From Candidatus Marinacidobacterales bacterium (GTDB taxonomy: Bacteria; Acidobacteriota; Vicinamibacteria; Marinacidobacterales; SMYC01), in the NCBI GenBank assembly GCA_965237955.1, contig OZ250169.1, positions 5,792,001 through 5,856,000 of the forward strand: DNA of 64,000 nt, in the 5' to 3' direction. Positions within the stretch are counted from its first letter, which is position 1. The number at the start of each line of letters is the position of its first letter. Of the stretch, positions 20,378 to 29,196 are shown piece after piece. The position numbers were made by a program, and so were the translations under genes. The notes below the pieces were generated by a model, which searched no databases, was not told the DNA's origin, and saw nothing but the letters and a program-made list of their open reading frames with translations.

Positions 20378-23300
20378 ATGCCCGCTAAGCTCCGTTTTGC
20401 CAAAGCGGAGGCGATCGTCGACTTCCCGAAGGCGGAGGCGCGCGTTCGTTCGTTTTGGAAGTCAGAGCGCATTTTCGAGAAGAGTGTTGCGATGCGCCAG
20501 GGGCGAGAGACTTTCATCTGGGACGACGGTCCACCGACTGCGAACGGCAAACCTCACAACGGACACGTTCTGACGCGGGTCTTCAAAGACATTTTTCCAC
20601 GATACCGCACCATGCGCGGTTTCTACGCGGAGCGCAAAGCGGGATGGGATACTCACGGTCTCCCCGTCGAGGTCGAAGTCGAAAAAGAGCTCGGTATCCA
20701 CGGTAAGGCCGAAATCGAAGCCTACGGCGTCGAGGCGTTTATCGAGCGCTGCATGGACTCCGTTTTCCGCTACACGAGAGAGTGGGAGCGCATGACGGAG
20801 CAGATGGGCCACTGGGTCGATCTGTCCGATGCGTACGTTACCTACCACAAGAGCTACATCGAGAGCGTGTGGTGGGCGCTCGCGAAGCTGTTCGAGAAGA
20901 ACCTCCTTTATCAAGGACACAAAGTCCTTTGGTGGTGGGCCCAAGGTGGGACCGCGCTCTCATCAGCGGAAGTCGGGCTCGGTTACAAGACCGTCGACGA
21001 CCCCTCGGTCTACGTAGCGTGCCCGCTCCTCGACGAGCCTGACACGGCGCTTCTGGTGTGGACGACGACGCCGTGGACGCTGCCGTCCAACATGTACGCG
21101 GCGGTGAAGCCCGACGTGGACTATGTCGTCGTCGACGACGGCGAGCGCAAGCTGATCGTTGCGGACGCGCTGCGCGCGACCATCGCCGGCAAGCTCGGCA
21201 GAGAGCTCCCCATCGTCCGTGAGCTGAAGGGTGAAGCCCTCCTGGGCAAGCGCTACCGCCCCCCGTTCGACGATTACTACGAACGTTACGGCGAGCAGGA
21301 AGTCGCGCTGAAAGCCGGAGGCACGACACCGCTTTTCTGGAAAGTGCTCGCCGCCGATTTCGTGGAGCTCGATCAAGGTACGGGACTAGTACACGAAGCA
21401 CCGGCCTTCGGTGAAGTCGACCACGAGCTCCACCGCGCGGTCATCTCGGAGTACGAGGATCCGGACGCCGTCCCGCTACTATGCGGGATCGCGCCCGACG
21501 GCAAGTTCACCGACGACGTTCCGTCGCTCGCGGGCCAGTGGGTCAAGGACGCCGACAAACAGATCGTGCGCGCGATGAAAGAGCGCGGGACACTCATCCA
21601 TCAGGAGACCTATCGGCACGAGTACCCCTTTTGCTGGCGCGCTGACGAAGACCCGCTCATCCAGTTCGCGCGCCCCGCGTGGTTCATCCGCACGACCGCG
21701 CTCATCGACAAAGCCATCGCAAATAATGAGGCGGTCAACTGGATCCCGGAGCACATCAAAGAGGGCCGTTTCGGCGATTTCCTCGCGAACAATGTGGATT
21801 GGGCCTTGTCGCGAGAACGCTATTGGGGGACGCCGCTCAACATCTGGGTGAACGACGTTACCGGGAAGATGACGGCACCGAGCTCCGTCGATGAGATCCG
21901 CGCGAAAAATCCCAACGCCTTCGAGTCTTTCGAGAAGGCCAAGAAGAAAAATCCCGACCTATCGGAGCACCTCCTCGTCCACAAGCCGTGGATCGACGAC
22001 GTCACCTTCACCGAGCCTGGAGAAGAAGGTGTCTACCGGCGGGTCCCTGAAGTCATCGACTGCTGGTTCGACTCCGGCAGCATGCCGTTCGCGCAGTGGG
22101 GCTATCCGCGAGGTGGGCACGACAAGTTCAAGGAAACGTTTCCCGCGGACTACATCGTCGAAGCGATCGATCAAACGCGCGGCTGGTTCTACTCGATGTT
22201 GATGATCTCGACCCTCGTGTTCGATCACGACTATCCTCATCCCTTCAAGACCTGCATCGTGCTCGGGCACGTCAATGACAAGAAAGGGAAGAAGGAGTCG
22301 AAGTCCAAGGGCAACTACACGCCTCCCGAAGTCATCCTCGAAAAAGTCGCGATGCATTTCGCGGTGATCGAAGCGCCCAAGGTGCCGCCCCAAGACGGCG
22401 TCGCGCTGATCGCGCGCGAGGATCTCGAAGGTCTCGATTTGAATCCTGGCGCACCAGTTCTGGTGAACGGCGTCGAGCACACGCTCGGGCCGGCGAAGGG
22501 GCTTCCTCGCCGTGTGGTCGTTCTTCCCGAAGACGTCCGCGAAAAGCTCGGCGTCTCGTTCGCGGAACGAGGTCTCTCGATTCTGCCCGCGGACGTACTG
22601 CGACTCGAGGAGAGCCAACGCGTTTCAATAGAAGACCCCAACACCCCGGCGCCGGGCGCGGACGCGTTCCGCTGGTTCTTTCTGGCCAGCAATCCACCGT
22701 GGGGCTCGAAGCGCCACTCGCTCGGCAATGTCCGCGCGCTGCAAAAAGAATTCCCGATCAAGCTCAGAAACGTCTATAGCTTCTTTACGATCTATGCGTC
22801 CATCGACGACTTCGACCCGAGAGCCGAGAAGGGACGGCCCGTCGCCGAACGGTCGTTTCTCGACAGGTGGATTCTCTCGGAGCTCGCGGTGCTCAACCGG
22901 AATGTGATCGATCATCTCGACAACTACCGCGCGTACGAAGCGTCGCGTGAGCTGACGAACTTCGTGGACGTGCTGTCGAACTGGTATCTGCGCCGGAGCC
23001 GAGGGCGATTCTGGAAATCGGAGCGCGATGACGACAAGCTCGACGCCTACGCGACGCTCTATGAATCGCTCGTGACCGTGGCCAAGCTCGCGGCTCCATT
23101 CGTGCCGTTCATGACCGAGGAGATCTACCAAAATCTCGTACGCGCCACCTGTGGAGACGACGCTCCCGAAAGCGTGCATCTGTGTGACTACCCGGGCGCG
23201 GACGAATCGTGTGTCGACACGCGCTTGAACGAAGAGATGACCGTCGTCCGGGACACGGTTTCCCTCGGTTTACGTGTGAGAACCGACAAGAAGCTCAAAG

Positions 23301-24004
23301 TACGGCAACCGCTGTCCAAGGCCGAGATCACGCTGTCCCATCCGGAGCTCGACGAGCGTGTCCGCGCCTATGGTGATCTGATTGCCGAAGAGCTGAACGT
23401 TCGGGAAGTTCGGTTCGTGCACGGCGCCGAAGAGCACATCGAGTACCAGGTCAAGCCGAATTTCCGCAAGCTCGGCCCGCGCGTCGGCAAGAAGATGCCG
23501 GCGGTGAAGGCGGCGCTCGCTGCCGCCGACGGGAGCGCATTGAGGGCCTCGCTCCTGAAAGACGGAAAGACCACCGTCGACATCGACGGCGAAGCGTTGA
23601 GCCTTGGCCTCGAAGACGTCGAAGTCGCCGTGCACGCCAAAGAGGGCTACGCGGCCGCCGGCGACCAGACGGCCGTTGTCGTATTGTCGACCGAGCTCAC
23701 ACCCGAGCTCGTCGACGAAGGTATCTACCGCGAGCTCCTGAGCCGTGTCCAAGCGTTTCGCAAAGACCTAGGCCTCGAATACACGCAGCGCATCTCCCTC
23801 GCGGTCGATGGCCCCGCGTCGCTCCGAGCGATCGTCGACGACCGTCGAGAGCACTTCATGGAAGAAACGCTGTGCGTCGAGCTGGTGGACGATCTCGAAG
23901 GCTCGGAGCGTGAAGTCGAGATCGAGGGCGACCCGGTCACGATCACGCTCGCTAAGGCGCAAGAAACAAACGCAAAGTCGCAAAGTCGCAAAGACGCGAA
24001 GTGA
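20378..24004 (+). CDS. ileS: Isoleucine--tRNA ligase (type 2-like)
   Basis: GPPTANG, GWDTHGLPVE, WTTTPWTLPSN, DWALSRERYWGTP, DCWFDSGSMP, DQTRGWFY. Confidence 0.96.
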   Translation: MPAKLRFAKAEAIVDFPKAEARVRSFWKSERIFEKSVAMRQGRETFIWDDGPPTANGKPHNGHVLTRVFKDIFPRYRTMRGFYAERKAGWDTHGLPVEVEVEKELGIHGKAEIEAYGVEAFIERCMDSVFRYTREWERMTEQMGHWVDLSDAYVTYHKSYIESVWWALAKLFEKNLLYQGHKVLWWWAQGGTALSSAEVGLGYKTVDDPSVYVACPLLDEPDTALLVWTTTPWTLPSNMYAAVKPDVDYVVVDDGERKLIVADALRATIAGKLGRELPIVRELKGEALLGKRYRPPFDDYYERYGEQEVALKAGGTTPLFWKVLAADFVELDQGTGLVHEAPAFGEVDHELHRAVISEYEDPDAVPLLCGIAPDGKFTDDVPSLAGQWVKDADKQIVRAMKERGTLIHQETYRHEYPFCWRADEDPLIQFARPAWFIRTTALIDKAIANNEAVNWIPEHIKEGRFGDFLANNVDWALSRERYWGTPLNIWVNDVTGKMTAPSSVDEIRAKNPNAFESFEKAKKKNPDLSEHLLVHKPWIDDVTFTEPGEEGVYRRVPEVIDCWFDSGSMPFAQWGYPRGGHDKFKETFPADYIVEAIDQTRGWFYSMLMISTLVFDHDYPHPFKTCIVLGHVNDKKGKKESKSKGNYTPPEVILEKVAMHFAVIEAPKVPPQDGVALIAREDLEGLDLNPGAPVLVNGVEHTLGPAKGLPRRVVVLPEDVREKLGVSFAERGLSILPADVLRLEESQRVSIEDPNTPAPGADAFRWFFLASNPPWGSKRHSLGNVRALQKEFPIKLRNVYSFFTIYASIDDFDPRAEKGRPVAERSFLDRWILSELAVLNRNVIDHLDNYRAYEASRELTNFVDVLSNWYLRRSRGRFWKSERDDDKLDAYATLYESLVTVAKLAAPFVPFMTEEIYQNLVRATCGDDAPESVHLCDYPGADESCVDTRLNEEMTVVRDTVSLGLRVRTDKKLKVRQPLSKAEITLSHPELDERVRAYGDLIAEELNVREVRFVHGAEEHIEYQVKPNFRKLGPRVGKKMPAVKAALAAADGSALRASLLKDGKTTVDIDGEALSLGLEDVEVAVHAKEGYAAAGDQTAVVVLSTELTPELVDEGIYRELLSRVQAFRKDLGLEYTQRISLAVDGPASLRAIVDDRREHFMEETLCVELVDDLEGSEREVEIEGDPVTITLAKAQETNAKSQSRKDAK

Positions 24005-24063
24005 AGGCACTTGCGGCGCCGACACTTTCTCTTTGCGGCCTTGCGCCTTGGCGCCTTTGCGTT
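23969..24063. repeat. REP-like palindromic element built from CGCAAAG units
   Basis: AACGCAAAGTCGCAAAGTCGCAAAGACGCGAAG ... CTTTGCGGCCTTGCGCCTTGGCGCCTTTGCGTT between convergent ileS and valS. Confidence 0.75.
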
Positions 24064-24079
24064 GAAAATAGTCGCCGTT

Positions 24080-26956
24080 CTACCCGGCTAAGTCCTTCTT
24101 CAGCGCTTCGAGCTTTTCCAGCATCTCTCGAAGTTCTTTGTCCTTGGTTTTCTGCGCTTCGACGACGTCCGGTTTAGCGCCTTTCAGGAACTTGGGGTTT
24201 TCGAGCTTCTTCGTGACTTGCGTCAACTTTTTCTCCAAGTCGGCGCTTTCTTTTTCGATGCGCTTCAGCTCGGCATCGATGTCGACGTGGCGTCCCAGAT
24301 CCACATAGAGCTCGAAGGCCGGATCGACGACGGTCACCGCCCCATCGGGTTTGGCGTTCGCTATTTCGAGCGATTCGAGGTTTGCCAGGCTCGAGAGCAC
24401 CGGGCGGGTTTTTTCTAGAAGCGAGGCGACCGCATCATCGAGAGGCTTCACGGCAACGTTCAAGCGCACGTTGTCGGGGATGCGCGCGTTGGAGCGACTT
24501 GTTCGCACGCGGCTGACGAGACGCTGGAGCGATTCGAACGTGTCTTCGAGCGCAGCGTCGGGCTCTCGTTCTCCCTTAGGCGCTCTCTCGAGAATCAGCA
24601 GGTCGGACTCGGGACGCTTGCCGAGCCATAGCTTCTTCGCGTCCATCGCCTCGAGAAGCTTGCCCCAGAGCTCTTCGGTGATGAACGGTGCGACGGGGTG
24701 GAGCATGCGGAGGATCTCGGCGAGGGTCACCCCGAGCTCGTGTGCGGCCCGTCGGGCCGCGGCTCCGTCGTCGCCTGTTGTCCGGGGTTTCGTGAGCTCC
24801 AGATACCAATCGCAGTAATCGTTCCAAATGAATCGGTAGAGCGCGTGGCCGACGGGCGCGAAGTCGTACCCTTCGAGCGCGGCGCGAACTTCGCGTACCG
24901 TTGATGCGGTTCTCGAGCCGATCCAGTCGTCTTCGACAGTCGGCTCGGCCTCGCCCGCATCGGGGCCGGGGCCGGGGGCTGCCTCGAGCGATAGCAATAC
25001 GTAGCGGCTCGCGTTCCAGAGCTTGGTCATGAAACGGCGCCCAATCTCGTTGAAACGGTGAAGCGATAGGCGCATCTCCTGTCCTTCGGAGCAGGAGTGG
25101 ACCAGCGTGAACCGCAACGCATCCGCACCGACGGCCTCGAACCCGTCGGGGAAGTTCTTGTCCACGCGCGCGGTGAGCTCTTTCATGTTGTGCGGACGCG
25201 CTTCGTAGATGGGGCCTTTGAGATCCTCGGTCGTGGCGCCATCGATGACGACGAGCGGATCGATGCCGTTGCCTTTGCTCTTGCTCATGACCGCGCCACG
25301 ATCGTCGAGCACCGTCGGATGGATGTAAACGTCCCGATAGGGGAGCTTTCCGGTCATCTCGAGGCCGGAGAAGTTCATGCGCGCGACCCAAAAAAAGATG
25401 ATGTCCTTGCTCGTCGACAGCACACTCGTGGGGAAGTACCGCTCGAAATCCTTCGTCTGATCCGGCCAGCCGAGCGTCGTCATCGACCAAAGCCACGAGC
25501 TGAACCAGGTATCCAAAACGTCAGGGTCCTGATACCATTCGTCCGGAGCTTGGCGCACGGCCTTCGGCGTGTCGATATCGACGGCGATCTCACCGGTCTC
25601 CTTGTGGAACCAAGCTGGAATCCGGTGTCCCCACCAAATCTGCCGGCTGATGGTCCAATCCCGAATGTTGGTAAGCCACGCGTAGTAAATCTTTTCCCAG
25701 CGCGGCGGATGGAAGAACAGACCACTCTCGCCCGTCTTTTCCCAGCCGTCTCCGCCTCGTGCACGCCGGTAGCCGCTCGCCTCGAGAGCTTTCTCTGCAA
25801 GCGGCTTCATGCGGACGAACCACTGATCCGAAAGGCGGTACTCAATGGGAGCTCCGGAGCGCTGCGCGCGGCCGATAGGCACCATGCGGTCTTCGATTTT
25901 GTCGAGAAGGCCTTCCTCCTCGAGAGCCTTCACGGCTTCTGCGCGGGCTTGGTAGCGATCGAGCCCACGAAACCGCTCGGGAACAACGTCGTTCATCGTG
26001 GCATCGCCGTTCATGACGTTGATGGGCTCGAGGTCGTGCCGCTGGCCGACGTCGAAGTCGTTGGCGTCGTGTGCGGGCGTGATCTTGAGACAGCCGGTGC
26101 CGAACTCGCGATCCACGTAGTCGTCGGCGATGATGGGGATCAGCCGTCCCTGGAGAGGTAGCCGTACCTGCTCGCCAATGAGCTTACGGTAGCGATCGTC
26201 TTCGGGGTGGACGGCGACGGCCACGTCGCCGAAAAGCGTTTCCGGTCGCGTCGTGGCGACGGTCAAGTGCTCGACGCCGCTTTCGAGATTGCCCGGCTCG
26301 ACGAGTGGGTAGCGGATGTGCCACAGGTGTCCCGGCTCGCCGCCGTCTTTCGTGTTCACCTCGTCGTCGGAGAGGGCGGTCTGGTCCACCGGACACCAGT
26401 TCACGATGCGCTTGCCCCGGTACAAAAGGCCTCGATCGTAAAGTGCTTTGAAGACGGTGCGGACGCCGCGCGACGGCCCATCGTCCATGGTGAAACACGT
26501 TCGCCGCCAATCACACGAGCAGCCCAGCTTTTCGAGCTGCGTCAAGATCATGTCGCCGAACTTCTTCTTCCACTCCCAGGCCTTCTCGATGAACTTCTCG
26601 CGACCGAGCTCGCGGTAGTCGACGCCCTCGGCGTCGAGATGCTTGCGCACGACGGTTTGTGTCGAGATGCCGGCATGATCCGTACCGGGGAGCCACAACG
26701 CGTCGTAGCCGTCCATCCGCTTGTAGCGGATCAAGACGTCTTGAATGGTGTTGTTCAGAGCGTGGCCCATGTGGAGGCGTCCGGTCACGTTCGGCGGCGG
26801 GATGGCGATGGTGAACCGAGGCTTATCCGCCTCTTCGGGCGAACGGGGCTTGCCGTCCCGATCGTAAACGCTATCGAAGCAGTGGCGATCCCGCCAGAGT
26901 TGGTAGATGCGTTTTTCGGTGCTCTTGAAGTCGTATCGTGTCGGGATTTCCATCAT
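24080..26956 (-). CDS. valS: Valine--tRNA ligase
   Basis: PPPNVTGRLHMGH, GTDHAGI, ATTRPET, DWTISRQIWWGHRIP, DVLDTWFSS; C-terminal coiled coil. Confidence 0.97.
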   Translation of the reverse strand: MMEIPTRYDFKSTEKRIYQLWRDRHCFDSVYDRDGKPRSPEEADKPRFTIAIPPPNVTGRLHMGHALNNTIQDVLIRYKRMDGYDALWLPGTDHAGISTQTVVRKHLDAEGVDYRELGREKFIEKAWEWKKKFGDMILTQLEKLGCSCDWRRTCFTMDDGPSRGVRTVFKALYDRGLLYRGKRIVNWCPVDQTALSDDEVNTKDGGEPGHLWHIRYPLVEPGNLESGVEHLTVATTRPETLFGDVAVAVHPEDDRYRKLIGEQVRLPLQGRLIPIIADDYVDREFGTGCLKITPAHDANDFDVGQRHDLEPINVMNGDATMNDVVPERFRGLDRYQARAEAVKALEEEGLLDKIEDRMVPIGRAQRSGAPIEYRLSDQWFVRMKPLAEKALEASGYRRARGGDGWEKTGESGLFFHPPRWEKIYYAWLTNIRDWTISRQIWWGHRIPAWFHKETGEIAVDIDTPKAVRQAPDEWYQDPDVLDTWFSSWLWSMTTLGWPDQTKDFERYFPTSVLSTSKDIIFFWVARMNFSGLEMTGKLPYRDVYIHPTVLDDRGAVMSKSKGNGIDPLVVIDGATTEDLKGPIYEARPHNMKELTARVDKNFPDGFEAVGADALRFTLVHSCSEGQEMRLSLHRFNEIGRRFMTKLWNASRYVLLSLEAAPGPGPDAGEAEPTVEDDWIGSRTASTVREVRAALEGYDFAPVGHALYRFIWNDYCDWYLELTKPRTTGDDGAAARRAAHELGVTLAEILRMLHPVAPFITEELWGKLLEAMDAKKLWLGKRPESDLLILERAPKGEREPDAALEDTFESLQRLVSRVRTSRSNARIPDNVRLNVAVKPLDDAVASLLEKTRPVLSSLANLESLEIANAKPDGAVTVVDPAFELYVDLGRHVDIDAELKRIEKESADLEKKLTQVTKKLENPKFLKGAKPDVVEAQKTKDKELREMLEKLEALKKDLAG

Positions 26957-27172
26957 GAGTCAGGCGAAAAGTGTCCGCAGTACCAGTCGAGGGCGACCGA
27001 GGGGAACACGTAGTGGAGCTTCCCGTCGTGGGATACGACCTGGGGTGGGTTCAAGTTACAAGTTCCCGAATGGCCTGCCGTTTGGCTCGGTAACGCGTGG
27101 TAGAAGATGCATTTGCGGCAAACGGGTTGGCCCAGCTCCTTCAGTTGTTTGAAATCGCTTCCAAAGACTCAT
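26953..27172 (-). CDS. Small four-Cys protein (~72 aa) absent from the ORF track; one extra base near its start
   Basis: Frame reads GSDFKQLKELGQPVCRKCIFYHALPSQTAGHSGTCNLNPPQVVSHDGKLHYVFPSVALDWYCGHFSPDS*; stop overlaps the valS ATG. Confidence 0.65.
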
Positions 27173-27219
27173 GGCGTCTCGGGATTATAAGCGATACTCT
27201 CTGTGAGAGGAGGTCAATT

Positions 27220-28224
27220 ATGTCTTTTGGAGGCAGTGGTAAGGGACCGTTCGATTTCGATCCGTCCAAAATGCCGCACATTAACATTCCCAAGTTCGTG
27301 CCGAAGAACGTCATCGGAATTCTGGCGGCATTGTTCGCCGCGGTGATGTTGTTCAGCTCCGTCTACCAGATCCAGCCTGACGAAAATGGGGTCGTGCTCC
27401 AGTTTGGTGAATTCACCGCCATCACCAACCCGGGGCTTCATTTCCTGATTCCCTTTGTCGAGCACGTCATCAAAGTGCCGGTCGAACGAGTAATCAAGCA
27501 AGAGTTCGGTTTCAGAACCGCGGACGCTGGCGTGCGGACACAATACAGCAGCGCCGACTTCACCCACGAATCCGCCATGCTCACAGGAGATTTGAACGTC
27601 GCCGTGGTGGAGTGGATCGTGCAGTACAAGATCAAGAACGCCGAGGAATACACGTTCAACGTGCGCAATCCGGAGTCGACGTTTCGCGATATGAGCGAAG
27701 CAGCGATGCGGCAGGTCGTGGGTGACCACGGCGTGGACGAGGTCATCACCACCGGACGCGCGAGTGTCGCTGATCAGGCCCAGGACATTTTGCAAAGGCT
27801 ATGCGACCTGTACGAGATCGGCATCGATGTCCAGCAGCTCGTCCTCCAGGACGTGAACCCGCCCGATCCGGTGAAGCCATCGTTCAACGAGGTGAATGAA
27901 GCCATCCAGGAGAAGGAACAGCTCATCAACCTCGCCCGCACCGAGTACAACCAGGCCATTCCCAAAGCGAGAGGCGAAGCCCAGCAGCTGATTCAAGAGG
28001 CCGTAGGCTACGCCGCGGCGCGGGTGAACCGCGCCCAAGGCGAAGCGACGCGATTCGAATCGATTTACGCGGAGTACCGCAAGGCGCCTCGGGTGACGCG
28101 CTCTCGCATGTATCTCGAGATGCTCAACGAAGTGTTACCGCGAGTCGGCAAGAAGGTCATTCTCGATGAGGACGGCACGGGAGTGCTCCCTCTGTTGAAC
28201 TTGACCGCGGAGGGAAAGAAATGA
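27220..28224 (+). CDS. hflK: FtsH protease modulator HflK
   Basis: GAGGAGG RBS; SPFH domain with MLTGDLN, LQDVNPPDPV, ARGEA, YRKAPRVTRSRMYLE. Confidence 0.95.
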   Translation: MSFGGSGKGPFDFDPSKMPHINIPKFVPKNVIGILAALFAAVMLFSSVYQIQPDENGVVLQFGEFTAITNPGLHFLIPFVEHVIKVPVERVIKQEFGFRTADAGVRTQYSSADFTHESAMLTGDLNVAVVEWIVQYKIKNAEEYTFNVRNPESTFRDMSEAAMRQVVGDHGVDEVITTGRASVADQAQDILQRLCDLYEIGIDVQQLVLQDVNPPDPVKPSFNEVNEAIQEKEQLINLARTEYNQAIPKARGEAQQLIQEAVGYAAARVNRAQGEATRFESIYAEYRKAPRVTRSRMYLEMLNEVLPRVGKKVILDEDGTGVLPLLNLTAEGKK

Positions 28225-29150
28225 CGCGCGCGTTTATTATCGTTGTAGTTTTGTTCATCATTCTCTTGGTCCCGGGCGCTCTCTTCGTCGTGGATCAGAG
28301 AGAACAGGTGATCATCACCCAGTTCGGCGAGCCGGTCGGGGACGCCATCACCGAACCGGGACTCAAATTCAAGCTGCCATGGATCCAGAAAGTCTTGCGC
28401 TTCGACAAACGCTGGCTTCCTTGGGACGGGGACGCGAATCAGATTCCGACCAAAGACAAGAAGTTCATCTGGGTCGATACTTATGCGCGCTGGCGGATCG
28501 CGGATCCGTTGGCGTTTTACAAGGCCGTCCGTAACCAGCAGCGAGCGCAGAGCGTTCTCGACGACATCATCGATGGCGAGACGCGCAACGCGGTGGCAAG
28601 CTACAACCTCATCGAGATCGTCCGCTCTTCCGATCGCGAGTTCGAAATCACCGAAGAGATCGGCGGGTTCGTCGACGAAACGGTCGCGCAGGAGATCGTG
28701 AGTGGACGGGATGCGATCACCCGCAGCATCCTCGAACAATCCTCGCTGGTTACGCCGAACTTCGGCATCGAGCTCGTGGACGTGCAGTTCAAGCGCATCA
28801 ACTACACGGTAGAAGTGCGCGAGTCGGTGTATCAGCGGATGATCTCAGAGCGGAAGCGGATTGCGGAGCGGAGTCGCTCCGAAGGTCAAGGTCGCTCGGC
28901 GGAAATTCGGGGAGAGAAGGAGCGTGACCTCCAGGAGATCGAGTCCGAAGCGTTCAAGACCGCGGAAGAAACTCGCGGACGTGCGGACGCGGAGGCGACG
29001 CAGATCTATGCGGCCGCGTACAGCAAAGACCCCGATTTCTACCAGTTCTTGAAGACGCTCGAAACTTATCGAAGTAGTCTCGACGAGGACGTGACGCTTG
29101 TGCTCAGTAGCGATTCCGAGTTCCTGAAATTTCTCAAGACCTCGCGCTGA
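28221..29150 (+). CDS. hflC: FtsH protease modulator HflC
   Basis: SPFH domain; TKDKKFIWVD, RMISERKRIA, YSKDPDFYQF. Confidence 0.95.
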   Translation: MTRAFIIVVVLFIILLVPGALFVVDQREQVIITQFGEPVGDAITEPGLKFKLPWIQKVLRFDKRWLPWDGDANQIPTKDKKFIWVDTYARWRIADPLAFYKAVRNQQRAQSVLDDIIDGETRNAVASYNLIEIVRSSDREFEITEEIGGFVDETVAQEIVSGRDAITRSILEQSSLVTPNFGIELVDVQFKRINYTVEVRESVYQRMISERKRIAERSRSEGQGRSAEIRGEKERDLQEIESEAFKTAEETRGRADAEATQIYAAAYSKDPDFYQFLKTLETYRSSLDEDVTLVLSSDSEFLKFLKTSR

Positions 29151-29196
29151 TTGATGATGATGAGATGAGTTTCCCGTTCACTCGGAGGTGGAAAGC

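Noticed and set aside
26957-27219. T-box riboswitch upstream of valS
   Set aside because: No T-box consensus; region better explained by the small Cys-rich ORF
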